Shown here one piece after another: positions 1-8,349 of a DNA stretch of 64,000 bases. How positions within the stretch are numbered: the first letter of the stretch is position 1; each line of letters opens with the position of its first letter. Location: IMG/VR virus record IMGVR_UViG_3300000117_000007, one strand, 5' to 3'. The notes under the pieces are model-generated. The model did not search any database, was not told the origin of the DNA, and saw only the letters and a list, made by a program, of their open reading frames with translations. This stretch comes from a virus. Both the position numbers and the translations under genes were made by a program.

Positions 1-498
1 CATAATGGTTCATCTGCTAAAGTTGGTTTCTTTGGTATGGACGACTCAGACGGGAAGTTCAAATTTATCCAAGATGCAACAGATACTTCATCAGTATTCT
101 CAGGATCAGTTGGTAACGTAGCATTTGGTGGTATCGAAGGTACTTCACTTGCATTAAGTGGTTCAATCACTTCAGTTGACGGATCTGCCCCAACTGCTGG
201 TCAATTAATGATCGGTAATGGATCAAATGGCGATCTAGAACTTGCAACATTGACTGCTGGTGAAGGTATTGACGTAGCAAACGCAGACGGAAGTATTACA
301 ATCAGTGCAGAGTCGGCAACAGCATCTAACTTAGGTGTTGCTTCATTCTCAGCATCATACTTCACAGTTAGTTCTGGCGACGTTTCAATTAACGATGCTA
401 CAGCAAGTGCTAAAGGTATTGCATCATTCTCCAGTGATAACTTCACTGTATCAAGTGGTGCGGTAACTGTTACTGCTATCGACGGAGGTACATTCTAA
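1..498 (+). CDS. tail fibre/virion structural protein, C-terminal part (5' truncated by window)
   Basis: Frame is open from base 1; Ser/Gly/Thr-rich, with repeated GxASFS motifs and a C-terminal IDGGTF motif typical of T4-like fibre proteins. Confidence 0.7.
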   Translation, partial: HNGSSAKVGFFGMDDSDGKFKFIQDATDTSSVFSGSVGNVAFGGIEGTSLALSGSITSVDGSAPTAGQLMIGNGSNGDLELATLTAGEGIDVANADGSITISAESATASNLGVASFSASYFTVSSGDVSINDATASAKGIASFSSDNFTVSSGAVTVTAIDGGTF

Positions 499-546
499 GC
501 ATTTTTTATGTTTAGTGTTTATTTTCAAAGTCAATAGGAGGAAACA

Positions 547-1374
547 ATGGCAACAGTAATTCAGTTTAAAAGAAGTTCTACTCAGAATGCAGTTCCCGGT
601 ACTGGTGATTTATCACTAGGGGAATTAGCAGTCAACACTTATCACGGTAGATTCTATACTGAGAAAAACGATGGTTCAGCGGCAGTCGTTGAAGTGGGAT
701 CTAATCCCTCATCGTTAACTATCAATGATGCTATTACTTTCCCAACAAGTGATGGTTCTGCAAACCAGGTATTAAAAACAGATGGAAGTGGATCAGTTTC
801 ATTTTCAGATTTACCTAGTTCAGGAATCACAATTTATACCTACTCAATATCGAGTACTACAACTTCAATAACAGGTGCAGACGACAGTAGCAATACTTTA
901 GTTTATACTCCTGGTACTGAACAAGTATTCATAAACGGTGTTAAATTGGTAGATGGCGGTAACGATTATACTGCAACAAACACATCTACAATCACATTGG
1001 CAGAGAACGCCATTAGTGGTGATATAGTAGAAGTAGTCGCAATATCAGATGCAAGTAATCTTGTTGAAGGATATTTCACTGCTAATACTTTCACTGCTAC
1101 AACGGCAAATCAGGTACTTTCCAGTAATGGACTAGCAATTAAAGGCATCAAGTATGTCATCAATGCTACCCACAGTACAGCAGGAACACACGCGGCCGAA
1201 GTGCTATTGATCAATGATGGAACAGATGCATTCTTTGTGCAATACGGTGACGTATACTCAGATGCATCTCTCTTCACATTATCAGCAGATGTAAATTCAG
1301 GTAATATGAGACTTCTCGTAACACCTGCAAATACTAACACAACCATTGACACATTTCAAATAAGACATAGTTAA
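547..1374 (+). CDS. virion structural/tail-fibre-associated protein
   Basis: GGAGG RBS; N-terminal IQFKRS...LGELAVN fibre motif; PTSDGSANQVLKTDGSG linker; C-terminal domain shared with the next two ORFs. Confidence 0.7.
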   Translation: MATVIQFKRSSTQNAVPGTGDLSLGELAVNTYHGRFYTEKNDGSAAVVEVGSNPSSLTINDAITFPTSDGSANQVLKTDGSGSVSFSDLPSSGITIYTYSISSTTTSITGADDSSNTLVYTPGTEQVFINGVKLVDGGNDYTATNTSTITLAENAISGDIVEVVAISDASNLVEGYFTANTFTATTANQVLSSNGLAIKGIKYVINATHSTAGTHAAEVLLINDGTDAFFVQYGDVYSDASLFTLSADVNSGNMRLLVTPANTNTTIDTFQIRHS

Positions 1375-1385
1375 GGAGTAAAGAC

Positions 1386-1796
1386 ATGGCAAAAACAAAC
1401 GCATTTAAACTTGCTGAGTTAATCAGAGTCTTCCAATACGATTCTTCAAATGATGTCATAACAACTTCAAAGAGAACAGAAGACAAGAACAAAAAGAGAG
1501 GTAATGCAACTAAGACTGCTACTGATCAATTTGCACTTGACACTTTTGCGAAAAACGACTTTAGAGCGGCAAGATATATTATTGCTATGACTAAAGGTAG
1601 TGATTTTCATTCGACTGAAGTTATGTTAGTACACGACGGAAGCACTGTGACTCTTACTCAGTATGGGACATTAAAAGATAGTACGTTAGCAACAATTGAT
1701 GCAGATATCTCAGGATCAAACGTGAGATTGTTAGTAACACCAGCAAGTGCTACATCAACAACAATCAAGTTTGACAGGACATTAGTAGACGCATAA
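1386..1796 (+). CDS. virion structural protein (shared HDG..QYG..VRLLVTPA domain)
   Basis: AGGAG RBS; paralogous to the C-termini of 547-1374 and 1860-2687. Confidence 0.65.
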   Translation: MAKTNAFKLAELIRVFQYDSSNDVITTSKRTEDKNKKRGNATKTATDQFALDTFAKNDFRAARYIIAMTKGSDFHSTEVMLVHDGSTVTLTQYGTLKDSTLATIDADISGSNVRLLVTPASATSTTIKFDRTLVDA

Positions 1797-1816
1797 TTTT
1801 TTAACGATATATTATT

Positions 1817-1846
1817 AGGGGGACATAAAGTCCCCCTTTCTTTTTG
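1817..1846 (+). terminator. intrinsic terminator
   Basis: AGGGGGAC-ataaa-GTCCCCCT stem-loop followed by a T-rich tract. Confidence 0.8.
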
Positions 1847-1854
1847 TATAAATA
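1847..1854 (+). promoter_or_regulatory. T4-type late promoter TATAAATA
   Basis: Exact gp55 consensus 5 nt upstream of ATG 1860. Confidence 0.75.
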
Positions 1855-1859
1855 GTATT

Positions 1860-2687
1860 ATGGCAACGAAAGCAAAGTTTTACACTGATCTAGGATTACA
1901 ATCAGCATTAGATTCACAAGTTGATGGCGACTTAACTGTTACAGGTGATCTTACTGTTCAGGGTTCAAACGTAATTGTCAATTCAACGACAACTTCAGTT
2001 GCAGATAACTTATTTGAATTAGCAAATGGTAATACAAGTTCTGATATATTAGATATTGGTTTTTACGGAAACTATGATGACGGATTATCAGATAGTGGTG
2101 CCACTGAATACACAGGATTATTCAGAGATGCTAGTGATTCAACATGGAAATTATTTGATGGGTTAGAAGTAGAACCTGGTAATACAGTCAATACTTCGGG
2201 GTCAGGTTATGCATTAGCAGACTTACAAGTAGGAGATATTACAGCAACTACTTTAACTGTTACTAATAGTATAACAGGATCAAACATCTCTTACCCAACG
2301 TCTGATGGATCAGCAGGGCAAGTACTTACTACAAATGGAAGTGGTACACTATCATTTCAAGATCGAGATGATGAGGGTTCGTTAACAACTACTTCAACAA
2401 GTATTACAAATCTCGATACATTCTCAGTATCAAGTTTTAGAGGTGGCAACTACACTATAACATTATCAGATGCAACAAGTGGTGTGTACGAAGTGACTCA
2501 GATAAATATAATACATGATGGTTCCAACGTATCAATGTCGCAATTTGGTACAGTGTTACAAGGCGGAAGCAGTGAACTTGCAACATTTAGTGTTGATATA
2601 AGTTCTTCAAGTGTTAGACTTAGAATTACTCCAGCATCAACAAATTCAACTATTACAAAATTCAAAAAAAGTTTGATAGATGTTTAG
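1860..2687 (+). CDS. virion structural/tail-fibre-associated protein
   Basis: GDLTVTGDLTVQG repeats, PTSDGSAGQVLTTNGSG linker, shared C-terminal domain. Confidence 0.7.
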   Translation: MATKAKFYTDLGLQSALDSQVDGDLTVTGDLTVQGSNVIVNSTTTSVADNLFELANGNTSSDILDIGFYGNYDDGLSDSGATEYTGLFRDASDSTWKLFDGLEVEPGNTVNTSGSGYALADLQVGDITATTLTVTNSITGSNISYPTSDGSAGQVLTTNGSGTLSFQDRDDEGSLTTTSTSITNLDTFSVSSFRGGNYTITLSDATSGVYEVTQINIIHDGSNVSMSQFGTVLQGGSSELATFSVDISSSSVRLRITPASTNSTITKFKKSLIDV

Positions 2688-2762
2688 TAATCCCTGTTTT
2701 AGAGTGAACAGTCTTACTAAATAATAATGTTAACAATCTTAGATTAGAGGATTATATAAACC

Positions 2763-3023
2763 ATGGCAACACAAAACTCATTTGTTATTGAATACGGACT
2801 CACAGTAGGGTCCACTGAAGTAATCAACTCCTCAGGTAAAATCATAGCAAGTGCATTGTCAAATATTGACGCCGATGATATTTCCGAAGGATCAACGAAT
2901 ACATACTTCACAAACGCAAAGGCAAGAGGTGCTATAAGTTTAGCATCAGGCGAAACAAATTTAAACTACAATTCTACCACTGGAGAATTTTCATTACCAA
3001 CAGTTGACGGAGGAACCATTTAA
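2763..3023 (+). CDS. small virion structural protein
   Basis: Paralogous to the N-terminus of the next ORF; contains a DDISEGSTNTYFT repeat; ends VDGGTI. Confidence 0.6.
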   Translation: MATQNSFVIEYGLTVGSTEVINSSGKIIASALSNIDADDISEGSTNTYFTNAKARGAISLASGETNLNYNSTTGEFSLPTVDGGTI

Positions 3024-4888
3024 TGTCAAGCAAAAATTTTATAATCAAAAATGGACTTTCAGTTGGAAGTAATGAGGTAATCGACAGTAATGGTAATATT
3101 GTAGCAAGTAACCTGAGTGAAACAATTGACGATAGAGTCAATACACTTTTAACAGCAGGTTCAGGAATCTCATTGTCATATAATGACAGTGCAAATACTT
3201 TAACAATTACAGGTAATGTCGGAGACATCACAGGAGTTAACGCAGGTGCTGGTTTAACAGGAACTGCAACTTCAGGTGATGCAACACTAAACATTGGTGC
3301 TGGTACTGGTATCACTGTAAACGCAGATGATATCGCAGTTAATATGTCTGCATTCGATACAGACAACCTTTCAGAAGGTTCTTCAAACTTATACTTTTCA
3401 AACGAGAGAGTTGATGATAGAGTAAATGCATTAATCACAGCAGGTTCTAACATTACAACATCATATGATGATGCGGCAGGAACATTAACAATTAATGCTA
3501 CTGAAGATAATCTTTCTAATAATGATACAGATGATTTAACAGAAGGTTCAACAAACTTGTATCATACGACAGCAAGAGCAAGAGCATCTATCAGTGCTGG
3601 TGGCGATCTAAGTTATAACTCTTCAACAGGTGTCATCTCATTTACAAACGATGCTGGTGATATATCATCAGTTGTTGCTGGAGATGGTTTAACAGGTGGT
3701 GGTACATCAGGAGATGTAACACTAAACGTAGTTGCTGGTACAGGTATTACTGCAAATGCAAATGACATTGCAGTTAATATGGGTGCTTTTGATACAGACA
3801 ATCTATCAGAAGGGTCATCTAATCTTTACCACACTTCAGCAAGAGTAGATTCAAGAATTGCATTACAAGTCGGTGCTAATCTAAGTTTAGCAAATAAAGA
3901 TACCGATGATCTAGGAGAAGGTTCAAGTAACCTTTATCATACAGCAGAAAGAGTTTCAGATGTTGTTGGTGCCATGGTATCATCTAACACTGAAAGTGGC
4001 ATTAGTGTCACATATGACGATAATGATAATACACTAGACTTTGCAGTAAGTCTATCACCATTTAGTACAACTAATTTATCTGAAGGTTCTAATCTATACT
4101 TTACTAACGCAAGAGCAGATGCTAGAGTTTCAGCAACTTTACCAGACACAGATTCATTAAGTGAAGGTTCAAGTAACCTTTACCACACTACAGCAAGAGT
4201 TAGAGGGGCAGTATCTGCCTCTGGAGATTTATCTTATAACTCTTCTACTGGTGTATTCTCATACTCAGAACCTACAATGTATGCTGATTCAGATGCCAGA
4301 GGTGCTATCAGTGTAACAGATAGTGGTGGTGACGGATCGTTAACATACAATTCGGGTACAGGTGTTATCACATATAACGGACCAAGTTCATCTGAAGTAA
4401 GATCACACTTCTCAGCAGGAACAGGGGTTGGATTATCAGGCGGTTCAATTAGTATCGGTCAGGCAGTTTCAACCAGCAGTAACGTAACTTTTAATGACTT
4501 AGTTGTTTCAGGTGACTTAACTGTTAATGGTTCAACTTCAACAGTATCATCAACTAATACAACTATCGAAGATACGTTGTTAGAGTTAGGAACAGGAACT
4601 ACTGGTAGTCCTTCAAATGATGCTGGTATCGTCATCGAAAGAGGTGACGAGTCAAATGTCTTTATGGGATGGGACGATAGTGCAAGTAGATTTGTAGTTG
4701 CAACAACAACTGCAACTGGATCTTCTACAGGTGCTTTATCGTTAACTGAGGCCAACTTTAGGGCATCTCAGATTACAACATCATACGCATCTAATAGTGG
4801 TGGTGTTGCAAGGAATGTGTATCAATCAACTTCTGCTCCAACTGGTTCAGACGGTGCAGTTGGTGATATGTGGATTACATATTCTTAA
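3023..4888 (+). CDS. tail fibre protein
   Basis: Multiple (D)TDxLSEGSSNLY(F/H)T repeats, AGxGIT/LT repeats and a C-terminal SAPTGSDGAVGDMWI fibre motif. Confidence 0.75.
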   Translation: MSSKNFIIKNGLSVGSNEVIDSNGNIVASNLSETIDDRVNTLLTAGSGISLSYNDSANTLTITGNVGDITGVNAGAGLTGTATSGDATLNIGAGTGITVNADDIAVNMSAFDTDNLSEGSSNLYFSNERVDDRVNALITAGSNITTSYDDAAGTLTINATEDNLSNNDTDDLTEGSTNLYHTTARARASISAGGDLSYNSSTGVISFTNDAGDISSVVAGDGLTGGGTSGDVTLNVVAGTGITANANDIAVNMGAFDTDNLSEGSSNLYHTSARVDSRIALQVGANLSLANKDTDDLGEGSSNLYHTAERVSDVVGAMVSSNTESGISVTYDDNDNTLDFAVSLSPFSTTNLSEGSNLYFTNARADARVSATLPDTDSLSEGSSNLYHTTARVRGAVSASGDLSYNSSTGVFSYSEPTMYADSDARGAISVTDSGGDGSLTYNSGTGVITYNGPSSSEVRSHFSAGTGVGLSGGSISIGQAVSTSSNVTFNDLVVSGDLTVNGSTSTVSSTNTTIEDTLLELGTGTTGSPSNDAGIVIERGDESNVFMGWDDSASRFVVATTTATGSSTGALSLTEANFRASQITTSYASNSGGVARNVYQSTSAPTGSDGAVGDMWITYS

Positions 4889-4915
4889 TTGATTTATAAC
4901 AGGAAAAATTTGTAA

Positions 4916-6673
4916 ATGGCGTCAGGCAATCAGAAAATAAAAACCCCTTCGGGTTGGAATAGCACAAGAGGTGCTTGGGTAAAGACTGGTGGTACAACTT
5001 GGAAGTCAGTAGATCAAATCTATGTCAAGACTCCTACAGGTTGGAACGATGCATCTGGTCAAGAGAACGCACAGCAACCATATCCTTATATTGCCAATGC
5101 TCAAAATCCTGTTATAAGACAACAAGTACAACCATATCCGTACATTGCAAATGCTCAAAATCCGGTTATAAGACAGCAAACGCAACCGTATCCTTACATT
5201 GCGAATGCACAGAATCCGTTCATACGTCAACAGACACAACCTTATCCTTATATTGCGAATGCACAGAATCCATTTATAAGAAATAGACAAACGCCGTTTA
5301 CGTATCAGTATCAGTCCCCAAGTACATATGCTACTCAAGGAAATACACAGGTACCTTATGATCATCAATCACCATTTACTTACGAAACGCAAGGGTCGAC
5401 AAGAGGTAATACTCAAACACCATTTACTTACCCATACATTCAACCACTGATCGGGAATACTCAAGAGTCAAACTCGTATATACATCAGGTTGCAACTACT
5501 GGTAATACAAGATCACCATTTACATATGCATATCAAGTAGATGCTAGAGGCAATACACAAGAACCGAATATCTATAATTATCAAGTAACAACTACTGGTA
5601 ATACAAGATCGCCGTTTACATACGCATACCAAGTTGATGCTAGAGGTAGTACACAAGAACCGAATACTTACATCTATCAAGTATCAACTACTGGTCAGAC
5701 AAGGTCACCATTTACTTACCCTTTCATTGCTAACGCAACAGGGAATACTCAGGAACCTAATACATATTCATATGGTGTTCCTAATATTGGTAATACAAGA
5801 TCACCATTTACATACGCATTCCAAGTAGATGCACAAGGTGTAACTGCTGGAGTTACTAGATCACCATTTACATATGCATATCAAGTAGATGCTAGAGGAA
5901 GTACGCAACAACCTAATACATATAATATACAAACAGCAACGATTGGTCAGACAAGGTCACCATTCACGTATGCATATCAAGTAGATGCTAGAGGAAGTAC
6001 TCAGCAACCTAATACTTACATTTATCAAGTTACTACAACTGGTAATACAAGATCACCATTCACGTATGCATATCAAGTAGATGCTAGAGGAAGTACTCAA
6101 CAACCAAACACTTACCCATTTACTGTAAATGCTAATGGGTCAACTAGATCGCCATTTACTTACCCTTATATCGCCAATGCTACTGGTAATACTAGATCAC
6201 CATTTACGTACCCTTACATAGCAAACGCAACAGGGAATACTAGATCACCATTTAGATACCCTTATATACAACCTTTAATTGGGAACACCACAGGAAATAC
6301 TACGGGTAACACAAGAGTTAATGCACAGGAACCTAATACAACACCTACAACATATCCGTATACAGTAAATGCTCAAGAACCAAACAGAACACCTACAACA
6401 TATCCGTATACAGTAAATGCACAGCAACCAGTGCCATATCCGTTTACATACCCATACACAGTAAACGCAACAGGGAATTCACGAAATCCATTTACATACC
6501 CGTATACAGTCAATGCAACAGGGAATTCAATCGGTAGTACAAGATCACCATACAGATTCCCATTTAGAACACCGACTAGAGTACCATGGAGAGTCACAGC
6601 ACAGCAACCCAGTCAGGGAAGATTCCCATTCTTCTTTAGTCCAGGAGGAGGTTTACCACAATTCTTAAAATAA
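4916..6673 (+). CDS. repetitive Pro/Tyr/Thr/Gln-rich fibre-like protein A
   Basis: N-terminal Trp-rich WVKTGGTTWKSVDQIYVKTPTGW fibre motif, then 18-aa and 16-aa modular repeats. Confidence 0.7.
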   Translation: MASGNQKIKTPSGWNSTRGAWVKTGGTTWKSVDQIYVKTPTGWNDASGQENAQQPYPYIANAQNPVIRQQVQPYPYIANAQNPVIRQQTQPYPYIANAQNPFIRQQTQPYPYIANAQNPFIRNRQTPFTYQYQSPSTYATQGNTQVPYDHQSPFTYETQGSTRGNTQTPFTYPYIQPLIGNTQESNSYIHQVATTGNTRSPFTYAYQVDARGNTQEPNIYNYQVTTTGNTRSPFTYAYQVDARGSTQEPNTYIYQVSTTGQTRSPFTYPFIANATGNTQEPNTYSYGVPNIGNTRSPFTYAFQVDAQGVTAGVTRSPFTYAYQVDARGSTQQPNTYNIQTATIGQTRSPFTYAYQVDARGSTQQPNTYIYQVTTTGNTRSPFTYAYQVDARGSTQQPNTYPFTVNANGSTRSPFTYPYIANATGNTRSPFTYPYIANATGNTRSPFRYPYIQPLIGNTTGNTTGNTRVNAQEPNTTPTTYPYTVNAQEPNRTPTTYPYTVNAQQPVPYPFTYPYTVNATGNSRNPFTYPYTVNATGNSIGSTRSPYRFPFRTPTRVPWRVTAQQPSQGRFPFFFSPGGGLPQFLK

Positions 6674-8250
6674 GAATTAAGGAAAAGTAATTATGGCACA
6701 AGGACCTTATCAATATAGAGCAACAGTTAGAAGTCCAACAGACTACCCTGTGTTTATCAATGCACAAGGGAGTGCCCAACAACCGAATGGATATCCGTTC
6801 ACTTACCCGTATATTGCTAACGCAACAGGGAACAGTAGACAACCATTCACTTACCCATATATTGCTAACGCAACAGGGAGTACAATTGGTGCTACTAGAT
6901 CCCCTTACATAGCAAACGCAACTGGTAATACAAGGGTACCATTTAGATCCCCTTACATAGCAAACGCAACTGGTAACACGATTGTACCATTTAGGTCGCC
7001 ATATAGACAACCTACTACTTATCCATTTACTTATCCGTTTACATATGCGTATCAAGTAGATGCTAGAGGTAGTACACAGCAACCTAATACTTACCCATTT
7101 ACTGTAAATGCTACAGGGAGCACACAGCAACCTAACACTTACCCATTTACTGTAAATGCTACAGGGAATACTCAAGAACCAAATATTTACCCTTATATCG
7201 CCAATGCTACTGGTAATACTAGATCACCATTTAGATATCCGTATATTCAACCGTTAATCGGGAATACACAAGAACCAAATACGTATATCTTCCAAACAGC
7301 AACAATTGGTAATACTAGATCGCCGTTTAGATACCCATATATTCAACCTCTAATCGGGAATACACAAGAACCTAATACTTACATATATCAGACACCAAGT
7401 ATTGGTAACACTAGATCACCATTTAGATACCCTTACATTCAACCTCTAATCGGGAATACACAAGAGGCAAATCCGTATGCATTTAGATATCCGTATATTC
7501 AACCACTAATTGGGAATACGCAAGAACCTAACACATACTCATTCCAAGTTACAACTATTGGTAATACTAGATCGCCTTTCACTTACCCATATACAGTGAA
7601 TGCTACAGGGAATACTCAGGAACCAAATACGTATATCTATCAAACAGCAACGATTGGTAACACTAGATCGCCGTTTAGATACCCATATATACAACCTCTG
7701 ATTGGGAATACACAAGAACCTAACACATATATTTTCCAGTCACCAGCATCTGGTAGCACAAGATCGCCGTTTAGATATCCGTTTATTCAACCGTTGATCG
7801 GGTCTACTCAAGAACCTAATACTTACATATATCAAGTTTCTACACCAGGTATAACTAGATCGCCATTTACATATGCGTATCAAGTAGATGCAACAGGTAA
7901 CACTAGACAACCTAACAGATATCCATTTACATATCCGTACATTGCAACTGGTCAGCAACCTAATATTAGACAGCAGACACAACCGTATCCTTATATTGCT
8001 AACGCAGTGAATCCGTTCATTAGAGATGCTAGACAACCAGCAACATATAATCACAGATCACCTAGCACTTACGCAACTCAAGGGAATACACAAGTGCCAT
8101 ATAATCATAGATCCCCAAGTACATATGCTACTCAAGGAAATACTCAAGTGCCTTATAACCATAGATCCCCAAGTACATATGCTACTCAAGGAACTACAAG
8201 GGTACCATACAGTCATAGATCCCCAAGTACATATGCAAGACAGGGTAGAA
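5070..8250 (+). repeat. coding tandem/modular repeats (48-nt and 54-nt units) inside fibre proteins A and B
   Basis: Recurrent GGTAATAC(A/T)AGATC(A/G)CC(A/G)TTTA, CAAGTAGATGCTAGAGG and CAAGAACCTAATAC units; in frame, varying mostly at synonymous positions. Confidence 0.9.
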
Positions 8251-8315
8251 ATCCTGTGATCAGATGGGATGGAGACTTAGATAACCAATGGCCAGGTTCT
8301 CCAATTACGTCATAA
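6693..8315 (+). CDS. repetitive Pro/Tyr/Thr/Gln-rich fibre-like protein B (mirror partner of A)
   Basis: AAGGA RBS; same repeat vocabulary as protein A in complementary reverse order. Confidence 0.7.
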   Translation: MAQGPYQYRATVRSPTDYPVFINAQGSAQQPNGYPFTYPYIANATGNSRQPFTYPYIANATGSTIGATRSPYIANATGNTRVPFRSPYIANATGNTIVPFRSPYRQPTTYPFTYPFTYAYQVDARGSTQQPNTYPFTVNATGSTQQPNTYPFTVNATGNTQEPNIYPYIANATGNTRSPFRYPYIQPLIGNTQEPNTYIFQTATIGNTRSPFRYPYIQPLIGNTQEPNTYIYQTPSIGNTRSPFRYPYIQPLIGNTQEANPYAFRYPYIQPLIGNTQEPNTYSFQVTTIGNTRSPFTYPYTVNATGNTQEPNTYIYQTATIGNTRSPFRYPYIQPLIGNTQEPNTYIFQSPASGSTRSPFRYPFIQPLIGSTQEPNTYIYQVSTPGITRSPFTYAYQVDATGNTRQPNRYPFTYPYIATGQQPNIRQQTQPYPYIANAVNPFIRDARQPATYNHRSPSTYATQGNTQVPYNHRSPSTYATQGNTQVPYNHRSPSTYATQGTTRVPYSHRSPSTYARQGRNPVIRWDGDLDNQWPGSPITS

Positions 8316-8349
8316 ATACTTTTAGTATTTAAAAACAATTAGTTATATT

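Noticed and set aside
5070-8250. CRISPR-like or non-coding repeat array
   Set aside because: The repeats are in-frame multiples of 3, vary synonymously, lack unique spacers, and no cas genes are present.
4975-8259. Alternative-frame and antisense ORFs over the repeat genes (e.g. 4975-5286, 5006-5368, 6636-7175, 7740-8054)
   Set aside because: They are shadow frames produced by the repeat periodicity, with no RBS or promoter support.
4916-8315. Diversity-generating retroelement TR/VR pair, or a DNA inverted repeat explaining the A/B mirror symmetry
   Set aside because: No reverse transcriptase is in the window and differences are not adenine-specific. Both genes are on the same strand with direct repeats; the symmetry exists only in protein module order.
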